From Patescibacteria group bacterium (GTDB lineage Bacteria > Patescibacteriota > Patescibacteriia > CAIXNZ01): a DNA stretch of 64,000 bases. Shown here one piece after another: positions 27,226 to 37,431 of this stretch. Location: assembly GCA_041651155.1 (NCBI GenBank), contig JBAZJU010000008.1, positions 1,932 through 65,931 of the forward strand. The letters run 5' to 3'. The translations under genes and the position numbers were made by a program. The notes beneath the pieces were generated by a model, which did not search any database, was not told the DNA's origin, and saw only the letters and a program-made list of their open reading frames with translations. The number at the start of each line of letters is the position of its first letter. Positions within the stretch are counted from its first letter, which is position 1.

Positions 27226-27429
27226 ATGACAGAGCCAGATGAAAAATTTACAACCAAAGACATTGATTGTCCGAATTGCCACAAAACAAATCGCCTTGTA
27301 ATCATTGAAAAAGGCCATGCGTTAAGTGAAAAATATCAAATCCTATTGACAAACGCCGGCTGCACAATCACTAATTCTGAATCAGAATTTGTCTGCAACC
27401 ATTGCGACCAGAAAAATGAAATAAAATAA
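27226..27429 (+). CDS. zinc-ribbon mini-protein (CxxC...CxxC), tandem paralog 2
   Basis: 67 aa. Motifs CPNC...CNHC. SD GGGAGGG. Followed by a strong intrinsic terminator. Confidence 0.5.
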   Translation: MTEPDEKFTTKDIDCPNCHKTNRLVIIEKGHALSEKYQILLTNAGCTITNSESEFVCNHCDQKNEIK

Positions 27430-27437
27430 TTTCCAGC

Positions 27438-27473
27438 AAAAAAGCCGTCCCGAAAGCGAGACGGCGTTTTTTA
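27438..27473. terminator. bidirectional intrinsic terminator between convergent genes
   Basis: aaaaaagccgtc-ccgaaagcga-gacggcgtttttt: a GC stem flanked by an A-run and a T-run. Confidence 0.7.
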
Positions 27474-28493
27474 TTGATTAATCCTTTTTTTGATCTCTTT
27501 ATCCAATTTATGCAAATAAACTTTAAATAAACTCTTTTTCATTGGCACGCCAGTAATTTCTAAAAATCCCTGACCAGAAACCTTTTTACCATTACATTCC
27601 CCTTCTATCTTTATAGCGCCTTCCCAATAATTTAAAGGCCCGAAAACCATTTCTTGCTTTTTATTTATTGGCTGAACTTCTAATTTTATATCCCAGTCAG
27701 GCAAATAAATTTCATAGCCAAGTTGGTATGTCGCGCCAGTCTCATGGCTGGTATATTTATTTAGTCTTGGTTTTAAAAACATATTATCAGTTATTTTCTG
27801 GCGGCCATTTTTATCCAGCGAAGTTGCATGATAAATCTTATTCTGATCGCCATAAACAAAACAGATAATATCAACTCCGTTATTTAGCTGCAATGAAAAC
27901 CAGGTCCATTTATCGCTTTTTGTCAGCGGTGTATTGGCCCATTGATGGTCCATCCAGGAAATCCCTGAAACTTCCAGCCATTTTTTATTGACATTAATCA
28001 GGCCTTTTGTTTTTAAACGGCTTAAAGAATAATAATACGTGGACTTTTCCACCAGATCAATAAAGCCCTTATTGTTAACTAAAAGGGGTTTTTTTGTCGC
28101 AGATAAATTCAGATCAATAAAATCATTGACAATTTTATAATTAAAAAGTTTTGTTTCCTCAATTAAGCAGGAATTGTCATATTGCGCCCAAAGCAAGGGC
28201 AAGGTAAAACTTTTTTTATCCACAAATGAAACCGGCATGATTTTGCTCCACTCTTTATGCTTTTTGTTGTCTGTCAGTAGATAATGGCTAAAATACCAGG
28301 CTTTAAAAGGCAATCTTTTGGCATAAGGAATGGCAACCTTTTTCGGCTTGGCCGCAAAAAGAGTGTTCATGTAGGAAAATTCCCTGCCGTCTTTTGTTTT
28401 TAAATGACCGTTAAAATACCACCATTCAATCGTATGATCATGCTTTTGCTCATCACGCGGAAATTTGAGGGGTTTAAATTTTTCTTTGGGCAT
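27471..28493 (-). CDS. AttH/CrtC-like lipocalin-fold protein (COG5621 family)
   Basis: 340 aa. N-terminal signature H..EWWYFNGHL typical of the AttH/hydroxyneurosporene-synthase-like family. Confidence 0.55.
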   Translation of the reverse strand: MPKEKFKPLKFPRDEQKHDHTIEWWYFNGHLKTKDGREFSYMNTLFAAKPKKVAIPYAKRLPFKAWYFSHYLLTDNKKHKEWSKIMPVSFVDKKSFTLPLLWAQYDNSCLIEETKLFNYKIVNDFIDLNLSATKKPLLVNNKGFIDLVEKSTYYYSLSRLKTKGLINVNKKWLEVSGISWMDHQWANTPLTKSDKWTWFSLQLNNGVDIICFVYGDQNKIYHATSLDKNGRQKITDNMFLKPRLNKYTSHETGATYQLGYEIYLPDWDIKLEVQPINKKQEMVFGPLNYWEGAIKIEGECNGKKVSGQGFLEITGVPMKKSLFKVYLHKLDKEIKKRINQ

Positions 28494-28497
28494 AAAT

Positions 28498-29172
28498 TTA
28501 AGTTTCTATATTATCAATTAATTCGGGGGAATTTAAACTCGTGTATTGCCAATTTTTTGGCAGGCCATGCTTCAAATGGTTATAAACCGTGTAATCATAA
28601 TGGTTGTCCCAATCCTTCTGTTTTTTCAAATGGTTATCATGGAAACGGATGTAATGGTCGTAAAATTTTCTCTGCCACTTGAATTTAGGGTACGGCGTTC
28701 CATTTTTAAATTTTTGATTAAATAAATCTTGATACCGCTGAACATCAAATTTCCATACATATAATTCATGGGGATTTAATATGGGTAGTCCAATAATCTT
28801 ACCTTTAAAAACATCCCCCATTCCCCGTAGGCCACACAATATTGTGTGGCCTACGGGGTTATTGGGATAATTATTTGTATAACCCATTATAATATTAATA
28901 TTGCGAGAAACATTTCTTTTCAAAGATTTCATCACGTGCGAAATATCAAATTTATTGTTTGGTTCAATCATCAAATTCACATGATCATAAATAATTGAAA
29001 AGGCATATAATTTAAATCCTTTCAATACTTTACAAATCTTTAAATTCTCAATAAATAAATCACAAAAAATTTGCTCCTTAAAATATGGGTAATTATTTTT
29101 CGTCTTAAACACGACGTAATAAATCGCGCCCGGGAAACAAATTCGCCTTATGGAATTTTTATGCAACATCAT
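28498..29172 (-). CDS. IS200/IS605-family Y1 (HUH) transposase-like protein, RAYT-like, probably catalytically degenerate
   Basis: 224 aa. Aligns to IS200 TnpA blocks: IYYVVFKTKNNYPYF matches YHIVFAPKYRR; YDHVNLMIEPNNKFDISHVMKSLKRNVS matches ADHIHMLLEIPPKMSVSSFMGYLKGKSS. The HUH motif reads HVN and the catalytic Tyr block is disrupted. Contains a 36-bp perfect palindrome. Confidence 0.6.
   Translation of the reverse strand: MMLHKNSIRRICFPGAIYYVVFKTKNNYPYFKEQIFCDLFIENLKICKVLKGFKLYAFSIIYDHVNLMIEPNNKFDISHVMKSLKRNVSRNINIIMGYTNNYPNNPVGHTILCGLRGMGDVFKGKIIGLPILNPHELYVWKFDVQRYQDLFNQKFKNGTPYPKFKWQRKFYDHYIRFHDNHLKKQKDWDNHYDYTVYNHLKHGLPKNWQYTSLNSPELIDNIET
28823..28858. repeat. 36-bp perfect palindrome inside the transposase-like CDS, with a GTAG head (ccccGTAGgccacacaatattgtgtggcCTACgggg)
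   Basis: Read directly from the sequence. In frame (12 codons, PVGHTILCGLRG) and located where the catalytic Tyr block of IS200 TnpA should be. Confidence 0.9.
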
Positions 29173-30343
29173 TTTCTTCCTTTAAAAAATAATTCTTCAA
29201 CTGCGAAATCTGCCAAATCAAAACCGTATTTAAAGTTAAAATTATTACAAATATTAAAATCAAGGAATTGCCGCCTAAAAATATACCGCCCATAATTGCC
29301 ACAATTGAGGCGCCAATAATCGTCACTATATTATCCATGGCCACGCCAACCACAGCATCCCCTATTCTGCCATTGGGATGGACGGAAAAATTATGTACCA
29401 CAATCATTTCACCTAGACAGCCAATAACACCGGCTAAAACACCGGCAATCACATAAGGCAAGTTGGTTATTTCACACAAAGTTTCAATTGAGCGAACCAT
29501 GCTTTCAGCTGCCATCAAGATTGCCAAGCCGCTGATTAATAAATATCCCCAGATAATTAAATTACTCTTGGTTTTAAAATATCCTTCCTCTTCAACAATT
29601 TCTTCAACCGGACTTTTAGCTCTTTTAGTTTTCCTAAAATAATATAAAATAAAAATTCCCAAAAGCAAAATTAAAAAACCAACCGGCCTAATTAACTGGT
29701 AAAGATCAGATTCAATCCCAGCTGGTTTTATTTTTACCTGGCCAAAAATAACCATGCTTAAAGCAACTATTGCGGTTAGAATAGTCAGAGCCATTGAAAT
29801 ATTAATTGCAGTGTCAAATTCTGATAGCAATGGCTTGCGCTGATGATCTTTAATCGGCTTAACAGTTCCGCCAAATTTTAATTTGGGAAACATCAGGACA
29901 CTAACGCCTTTGGCATTTGCTAAATTTTGCCGAAAAATGCACCAGGCAGCATGTCCAATATTATAAACATTTGAGCCAAAAGTTGTGGCCGCGGCAATTA
30001 TGGCATAATTAATAGCTAAAGCAAAATCTGTTTGTCTTAAGCTAACGCTGACAAGAGCGGCCACAATGCCTAAAACCATATCAGGAAAGGCAGTGCCAAA
30101 AGATTGCAATAAGCCTCCGGCCAATTTTGTTCTTTCCGTTAAAACACCCGTTGTTTCTTCAATAATTTTGGCAGTCCCTCTTAAAATAAAGAATGCGCCC
30201 AATCCCAAAATAGCAACAACTGCAAATATTCTGATAAAAATATTATGCGGCTCCCCTAATAAATTCATGAGGTAAAAACGCAAAACAAAAGCGCCTGCCA
30301 ATAAGACCAAAACATAAATTAAGTGATTTTTAAATAATTTCAT
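29159..30343 (-). CDS. Ca2+/cation antiporter (CaCA, YrbG-like) family membrane protein
   Basis: 394 aa, polytopic. Two alpha-repeat-like motifs: GTAFPDMVLGIVAAL and GCLGEMIVV. Confidence 0.6.
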   Translation of the reverse strand: MKLFKNHLIYVLVLLAGAFVLRFYLMNLLGEPHNIFIRIFAVVAILGLGAFFILRGTAKIIEETTGVLTERTKLAGGLLQSFGTAFPDMVLGIVAALVSVSLRQTDFALAINYAIIAAATTFGSNVYNIGHAAWCIFRQNLANAKGVSVLMFPKLKFGGTVKPIKDHQRKPLLSEFDTAINISMALTILTAIVALSMVIFGQVKIKPAGIESDLYQLIRPVGFLILLLGIFILYYFRKTKRAKSPVEEIVEEEGYFKTKSNLIIWGYLLISGLAILMAAESMVRSIETLCEITNLPYVIAGVLAGVIGCLGEMIVVHNFSVHPNGRIGDAVVGVAMDNIVTIIGASIVAIMGGIFLGGNSLILIFVIILTLNTVLIWQISQLKNYFLKEENDVA

Positions 30344-30365
30344 GAGTCCCTAATTATTCAATTTA

Positions 30366-31292
30366 TTATGGCTGTAAAATATCTTCTGTCCGGCCATTAA
30401 TCGAAATAATAACTTGTTTAATACTGGTAAATTGTTTTAAAGTTGTCACAATCTGCGAATTAATGGCTGCCACGCGGCATGAACCTCCCACCTGAAATTC
30501 TAATTGCTTGTCAAAATCAACCCTAGCTACACCATCAACGATAGTCAATTTTTGAATTTTAACTCCGCTATTTATTGAAGTATAATAACCATTGGCTTTT
30601 TCCTCTTCAGTCGGACCTTTTAATAATTCCTCCAAAGCTGCCCTGGCAGTTGAAACTGTTTTGGCAATTTTACGATCAACTGGATAGACTAAACGGCAAT
30701 CCATGGCATTTGGATTTTTCTTGGCATTGCCAAAAAAGACTTTAATCACTAATGTGGCGACACCTTTTAATTTTACTGGCAAACGAAATTCCTTTTGCAA
30801 TTCTGGTAAGCCTGACGGATTATCATTCATAAAAACCAAAGTTCCTGCCTGGTCTTTATCAACTAAAAATTCCAAATTTGCTTTAAACGGTACAAAATCA
30901 GTTGTCATCCAATCACTCTGAGCTTGGGCAATGGCCGTGGCTATTTCTTTACCACTTTCGTCAAGCAATTTTACAGGAAAACTTGCTTCAAAATACCAGC
31001 CCGCTGCTTGCCCAGTGAGAATATATGGGCTAGCTATTTCTTCATTTGCCTTTGGGTTATCTACAATAATTTCTTTTACAGCCGGGACTGTATTGGAATT
31101 TTCTACTGGCTGATTAATATTTGCGCCAGGGCAAGGCGTAGTTGGCATTGGCGCGCTAGGCTGGCCATGTTTGGTCCACTCGCCATTTTGACAAATCCAA
31201 TTATCTTCTCCGCTAAAAAAACGGACGCCTAAAATAATTCCGCCTAATACTATAATTAAAACAATGATAATTATTAAAATTTTTTGAGTCAT
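30366..31292 (-). CDS. membrane-anchored GerMN/Gmad2-domain protein
   Basis: 308 aa with an N-terminal TM. C-terminal GerMN-like segment: GYYTSINSGVKIQKLTIVDGVARVDFDKQL...GGSCRVAAINSQIVTTLKQF. Confidence 0.5.
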   Translation of the reverse strand: MTQKILIIIIVLIIVLGGIILGVRFFSGEDNWICQNGEWTKHGQPSAPMPTTPCPGANINQPVENSNTVPAVKEIIVDNPKANEEIASPYILTGQAAGWYFEASFPVKLLDESGKEIATAIAQAQSDWMTTDFVPFKANLEFLVDKDQAGTLVFMNDNPSGLPELQKEFRLPVKLKGVATLVIKVFFGNAKKNPNAMDCRLVYPVDRKIAKTVSTARAALEELLKGPTEEEKANGYYTSINSGVKIQKLTIVDGVARVDFDKQLEFQVGGSCRVAAINSQIVTTLKQFTSIKQVIISINGRTEDILQP

Positions 31293-31420
31293 AAACTTAA
31301 GGTTAATTTTTAATAACTAATTTATAATTTTTAAATAATTTCTAATGATCTAATGAGATAATTAAAACATTAATACATTATAAAATTCACCAAAAAATTA
31401 TCCATTAAAAATTTCAATGG

Positions 31421-32434
31421 TTATTGTTCACCTTTTTCGCCAGCAAGTTGCCCGCAAGCTGCCTTTATATCCTGGCCAAAACGATAACGCTGTGTTACTT
31501 TAATTTTGCTCCTGATTAAAACTTCTTTAAACTTCTTTATTTTAAGGGCTGGCGAGGGTTTAAAGCCTTTCGTAGGATTGTAAGCAATTAAATTTACTAC
31601 AAAAAGAGAGCTTGGCAAAAACCGCAATAACTCCACAAGTTCTTCAGCCTGTTTTTCTGAGTCATTATAATCATCAATCATTAGATATTCAAACATTACC
31701 TGCCTATTTGTTTTTTTAAGATAATAATCAACAATTTTTAAAATACTTTCAATTGGGTATGACTGGTTCATAGGGACAAGCTTGTCTCGCAACTCATTGT
31801 TTGGTGCGTGCAGAGAAATCGCCAAATTAATCTGCAATGGTTCGCCAGCCAGCATTTTAATGCCTTCAGTTATTCCAATCGTTGAAATAGAAATATGCCT
31901 GGCTCCGATATTCAGACTATCTTTATCATTTAAAATTTTAATAGCAGAAATCACATTGTCATAATTTAAAAATGGCTCGCCCATGCCCATAAAAACTAAA
32001 TTGCTGACCCTCTCCCCTACTTTCTTTAAATCCCTAGCAAAGAATAAAACCTGATTGACAATTTCCCACTCAGTCAAATTTCTTTTAAATCCCATTTTGC
32101 CTGTTGCGCAAAAAAGACAGCCCAAAGGACAGCCGACTTGAGAAGACACACAAACCGTATTTCTGCCATCTTCATGCCGCAGTAAAACTGTTTCAATTTT
32201 AGAATCATCATTTAAAGTCAGCAAAGCCTTCTGGGATTCTTTTGTTTTAGTTTCAACAACTTTAGCTTTTATACTTAGTGGAAATTCTTTATTTAGTTTT
32301 TGGCGGATTTCTAAGGGCAAGTTGGTAGCCTTTTCCCAGTCATCAGCTAAATCTTTAAAAATAAAAGCATAAGCCTGTTTAATTCTATAAACTGGTTCGT
32401 TTTTTAAAATCTTATTTAATTTATCTAATTCCAT
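31421..32434 (-). CDS. rlmN: 23S rRNA (adenine2503-C2)-methyltransferase, radical SAM
   Basis: 337 aa. CVSSQVGCPLGCLFCATG radical-SAM cluster and RlmN-type overall alignment. Confidence 0.9.
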   Translation of the reverse strand: MELDKLNKILKNEPVYRIKQAYAFIFKDLADDWEKATNLPLEIRQKLNKEFPLSIKAKVVETKTKESQKALLTLNDDSKIETVLLRHEDGRNTVCVSSQVGCPLGCLFCATGKMGFKRNLTEWEIVNQVLFFARDLKKVGERVSNLVFMGMGEPFLNYDNVISAIKILNDKDSLNIGARHISISTIGITEGIKMLAGEPLQINLAISLHAPNNELRDKLVPMNQSYPIESILKIVDYYLKKTNRQVMFEYLMIDDYNDSEKQAEELVELLRFLPSSLFVVNLIAYNPTKGFKPSPALKIKKFKEVLIRSKIKVTQRYRFGQDIKAACGQLAGEKGEQ

Positions 32435-32475
32435 AGTATAATCGTAGCTTATATATAAATTTAAGTAAACAAAAG

Positions 32476-32501
32476 GCCCTTTTCCATTCGGAGAAAAGGG
32501 C
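32476..32501 (-). terminator. intrinsic terminator downstream of the 84-aa gene
   Basis: gcccttttc / gaaaagggc stem, followed on the minus strand by a U-rich tract. Confidence 0.5.
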
Positions 32502-32504
32502 GCA

Positions 32505-32759
32505 TTAATCGCGGGGAAATTCCCAGCAGATTAGCTTGTATTGCCCTTTGGCAGTTAAGTTATTTGGGTCGGCGAACTCAATTTTAGCCAGCTGCAGAGT
32601 TTTCAGCTTAAGGTCAGCCACAATTTTTGTTAAATCTGCTTTGTTTCCACTTAAATTCAGGCCAACATATTCTTTTTTTCCCAAAGTATAGATTTCAATA
32701 CCTTTATCTAACTTGTCTTTGAGCTCAGCTGGTCTGCAGAGCATAAACATGACAAGCAT
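32505..32759 (-). CDS. hypothetical small protein (84 aa)
   Basis: ORF with a downstream terminator. Sits in the GC-elevated block. No recognisable motif. Confidence 0.3.
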   Translation of the reverse strand: MLVMFMLCRPAELKDKLDKGIEIYTLGKKEYVGLNLSGNKADLTKIVADLKLKTLQLAKIEFADPNNLTAKGQYKLICWEFPRD

Positions 32760-32835
32760 AAGAACCTCCTTTTTTTGTTTGATTTGAATTTTAATTTAGC
32801 TGATTTTTGAAAAAATGTCAAGAAAAAGCTGACCC

Positions 32836-33072
32836 CTATTTAGAGTCAGCTTGTGGCAAAAATTCGCTGGCAATAGAACAATCTAATCTTTTTTCGCAGA
32901 TATAGCCGCAATATAATTCACGCATGATCCAGCCGAATTTTTCAATAAAATCACTCGTTGCTTGTTGTTTGTCAACAATGTGTGCAAACCATTTGTGCTT
33001 GTCAATATGCTTTTTGATTATTGTGCTTTGAACGCTGGCCAGTTGTCTTAAGTTTGTGCAATGATCAAGCAT
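32836..33072 (-). CDS. hypothetical small protein (78 aa)
   Basis: ORF only. GC-elevated. Cys-containing C-terminus. Confidence 0.25.
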   Translation of the reverse strand: MLDHCTNLRQLASVQSTIIKKHIDKHKWFAHIVDKQQATSDFIEKFGWIMRELYCGYICEKRLDCSIASEFLPQADSK

Positions 33073-33117
33073 ATCGCACCTCCTGCAGATATTTTAAAAC
33101 ATAATTTAAAAAAAGAA

Positions 33118-33147
33118 AAGCGCTCCGACGTATTTGTCGAAGCGCTT
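33118..33147 (-). terminator. intrinsic terminator downstream of the glycoside-hydrolase lipoprotein gene
   Basis: 12-bp stem aagcgctccgac / gtcgaagcgctt, followed on the minus strand by uuucuuuuuuuu. Confidence 0.6.
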
Positions 33148-33157
33148 GCATTTAATC

Positions 33158-34795
33158 CTAATAACCAGCGTACCAATCGCGCAGAATCAGTTCTGCCGGT
33201 TTATTCCAAACATCAAATCTATTGATGTCCTGAGCCGGATTCCAGTACCACATCCAGCCGTACATGCCTTTGAACCAAGGCTGATTGTAGGCGCTTTCCA
33301 TAATCGCCTGATAGCAATCTGCCTGTTCTTGCAGATCAATTGTGCCACTCGGCGCCCACCAGGGTGAAATATTAGTGCCGTTTAAGCTCTGGTAGCCAAA
33401 TTCCGTAAAGACAATGTCCTGGCCATACGCTTCCGCAAAGTTTTGCAAAGCGCTTATATATGGCTGCCAGGCTATCTTTAATTCTTCCACGGTTGGCGAG
33501 TAACTGCTGGTCAAAGGGAAATAGGCATCCACTCCAATGAAATCCAGAGCGTCCCACCAAACGACATTGAAATAACTGTCGTGATTGGCGCCGTAAGTCA
33601 GTTGTCCTGAAAAGCTTGTCCGGGCATTGGCTATTTCATCACGCCAGTTTGTTTCTCTGTGTTCAGTAGCTTTGAATTCAGTTCCAATCACAAATATCTC
33701 AACCTGATTTGCTTCTGCCAGATCAAGATAGTGGTTGAGAAACTGGCGATAACTTGCAAACCAGGCTTGCCAGTCGGCTTCTGAAGAAAAGGTAATTTCT
33801 CCGCGCCAGGCGCCTGATTGCACATCAACATGAGGTTTTAGCATTACACTTAGGCCAGAATCATGAATGTAGGTTATTATTTGGGCTAAACCAGCATCAC
33901 TTGGAGTTTTACTGGAGATCGGGTATATGGTTGTAGAATTAATCGCATCCTGATATTGGGTAACCAGGACGGCGATAACTTCACATCCATCGGCTTTCAT
34001 CTTGTCAACAGTTTGATTGGAGGTAAAATTCTGGTAATCATTGTACCACCATGAGGTGAGAGTACAGCCGCGCTGGAATGTTATACCATTGTCGCTTGGA
34101 ATTACTCTGATGGCAAATTTTTGCGTGTCGCTAAACTCCCCATCAGTGACAGATACTTCAACTTTGTAATTACCTATCTGTGCAGATGTGGAAGTCCAAG
34201 TAATTTTGCCAGAAGCTGAATCAATGGTCATGCCAGTGGGAAAAGTTACCAGCGAATAAGTTAAAATGTCACCCTCCGGATCATCAGCACCCACAGTATA
34301 GGTATATTCAACCTCGGCTGTAGCAACTGTAACAGGGCCAGAAATAATTGACGGCCCTACGTTCGGCGGGGGTAATGTTACTTTCAGAGTATATTCCTGC
34401 CAGACCACTATTTTTCCATCACTAACTCTGAGTTTAACCTGCTGCTCCCCGACTTGTGTGTCATTAGGCAGCCAGGACACCAGACCAGTACTGGCATTAA
34501 TGGTCATGCCAGCCGGTCCAACGTCTAAGCCATAAGTCAGAACATCATTGTCAGAATCTGTCGCGCTCAGAGCATAACCATACAGTTCGCCAGAAATCGC
34601 TGTAGTGATCGGCAATGAGGTTATAACTGGAGGTTGATTGTCTGCTGGCGGTATAATCGGCGGGATATAATTCGTGCTGTCGTCTCCGCCACCTCCGCCC
34701 GAAGAAACACAGGCTGTGAGTAATAACACCAGCGCAAGCACCCATAACGACGCAAATCTTACAATGTTTACTTTCATTTCTTTCCTCCTTTTCAT
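33158..34795 (-). CDS. lipoprotein with two cadherin-like/Ig-like domains and a C-terminal TIM-barrel glycoside hydrolase (clan GH-A-like) domain
   Basis: 545 aa. Lipobox LLLTAC followed by a G/S linker. Repeated VSDG/VTDGEF Ig-like modules. The catalytic-domain candidate contains IGTEFK and VFTEFGYQS. GC is ~48%, against ~35% in the surroundings. Confidence 0.55.
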   Translation of the reverse strand: MKRRKEMKVNIVRFASLWVLALVLLLTACVSSGGGGGDDSTNYIPPIIPPADNQPPVITSLPITTAISGELYGYALSATDSDNDVLTYGLDVGPAGMTINASTGLVSWLPNDTQVGEQQVKLRVSDGKIVVWQEYTLKVTLPPPNVGPSIISGPVTVATAEVEYTYTVGADDPEGDILTYSLVTFPTGMTIDSASGKITWTSTSAQIGNYKVEVSVTDGEFSDTQKFAIRVIPSDNGITFQRGCTLTSWWYNDYQNFTSNQTVDKMKADGCEVIAVLVTQYQDAINSTTIYPISSKTPSDAGLAQIITYIHDSGLSVMLKPHVDVQSGAWRGEITFSSEADWQAWFASYRQFLNHYLDLAEANQVEIFVIGTEFKATEHRETNWRDEIANARTSFSGQLTYGANHDSYFNVVWWDALDFIGVDAYFPLTSSYSPTVEELKIAWQPYISALQNFAEAYGQDIVFTEFGYQSLNGTNISPWWAPSGTIDLQEQADCYQAIMESAYNQPWFKGMYGWMWYWNPAQDINRFDVWNKPAELILRDWYAGY

Positions 34796-34931
34796 GGTGT
34801 TTTGTGGTTGTAAAAGGTCGCTATTATTAATCTAATCTAATAACTATTCAGATAAAATGTCAAGCCACAAAAAAAAGCCGCAAAAAAAAGCACCCCGAAC
34901 ATGGAAGCGCTTTAATCTAGATTATTTTAAT

Positions 34932-35363
34932 TTACTCAGCAATTTCTTCAAATTCCCAGCCATCATCACTTTTTTTGATACGGAAACTCTTGACTTCAGC
35001 GTCAGGATATTTTTCTTTTAAAAAATCCCGCACTTTTTTCATGTCTGTCAGATGCTTACTTGTTTCAGCTTCAGCCGAAACAAAAGCGCTTTGGCCGCCA
35101 TAAGCTCCGCAATCTTCGTGCATGGTCAGAAAAAAGCGTCGTACTCCGTGTTTTTCATAAGACAAACGGATGCCATCAAGAATTAAGCCTGCTTGGCAGC
35201 CTTCCTGATTTTCAGCCACTACCTTACAGGATCCTGGCACTAAAATAATGTCTGTATCACCAGTATATCCATTTACTGAAAGCCAGTTAATAATTGCTGT
35301 CTGCAAGCGAAAATCCATGCAGCAGAGTAAAAAATTTTTACAGTTGTGTGACATATTTTTCAC
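34932..35363 (-). CDS. beta-class carbonic anhydrase-like protein (short)
   Basis: 143 aa. Zn-ligand motifs CCMDFR (CxDxR) and HEDCGAYGG (HxxCG). Confidence 0.5.
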   Translation of the reverse strand: MKNMSHNCKNFLLCCMDFRLQTAIINWLSVNGYTGDTDIILVPGSCKVVAENQEGCQAGLILDGIRLSYEKHGVRRFFLTMHEDCGAYGGQSAFVSAEAETSKHLTDMKKVRDFLKEKYPDAEVKSFRIKKSDDGWEFEEIAE

Positions 35364-35383
35364 CTCCTAATTTAAATTATTAA

Positions 35384-35836
35384 TTATTCGTTGGCATGAA
35401 ATTGCTCTTGGCCAGGCAACTTTTTATATTTTCTTTTGCGCACGACTTTAAGGCGCGCTAATTCTTTTTCAATTTTAGCTGATAAGGCTGCAAATTCCTG
35501 ATCATCAAAACTTTTTTCTTTTTGCAATTCCAAAGCTCGCACTCTTGCTTCTTCAGCTCGCTTTTCATCTATTTCTTCAGCATGCTCAGCAGAATCTGCT
35601 AAAATTGTTATCTTATTTGGTAAAACTTCAATAAAACCTCCGGAGACAGCCATTAATATTTCTTCTTTATCTTTGATAATTCGTAATTCTCCTGGAACTA
35701 AAACTGCAACCAGCGGAATATGTTCTGGCAAAATAGTAATCTCCCCCATTTGAGTAGGAATGCTGACCTGATTAGCTTCAGCTGAAAAAACATTCCTTTC
35801 CGGAGTAGTAATTTCAATTTTAATTTTTTTCTCCAT
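35384..35836 (-). CDS. atpC: F1 ATP synthase epsilon subunit
   Basis: 150 aa. The N-terminal beta-sandwich sequence is epsilon-like (ITILPEHIPLVAVLVPGELRI). Last gene of the atp operon. Confidence 0.85.
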   Translation of the reverse strand: MEKKIKIEITTPERNVFSAEANQVSIPTQMGEITILPEHIPLVAVLVPGELRIIKDKEEILMAVSGGFIEVLPNKITILADSAEHAEEIDEKRAEEARVRALELQKEKSFDDQEFAALSAKIEKELARLKVVRKRKYKKLPGQEQFHANE

Positions 35837-35928
35837 ATTTTAACTTGTCATGGTGAGCCCTTCGGCTAAGCTCAGGGCAGGCACTGAAAGTTTACAGTGA
35901 GCGTAGTCGAACTGAACCATTACATTAA

Positions 35929-37317
<1,389 letters not shown>

Positions 37318-37382
37318 TTAAATGATTAAATTGTTAATTGCTAAATTGATATTTGAATTTATTTTGTTTTTTGCCTTCGCAA

Positions 37383-37409
37383 ACCGTAGTCCCGCTGGGC
37401 GGGACGAAG
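37383..37409. repeat. REP-like GC-rich hairpin element, copy 2 (ccGTAGtcccgc-tgg-gcgggacgaagg), in the atpD-atpG spacer
   Basis: Same element in the opposite orientation. The GTAG tetranucleotide lies immediately 5' of the stem. Confidence 0.7.
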
Positions 37410-37431
37410 GTTTGAATTTTAGCATTTGTCA

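Noticed and set aside
28404-28682. Plus-strand 92-aa ORF spanning the AttH-like / transposase-like junction
   Set aside because: Antisense to two convergent-looking minus-strand genes, with no expression signals. Likely spurious.
34551-34745. 64-aa ORF (MGACAGVITHSL...) inside the glycoside-hydrolase lipoprotein gene
   Set aside because: Same strand but alternative frame within the N-terminal linker region of the larger, well-formed CDS. An artefact of the GC-rich segment.
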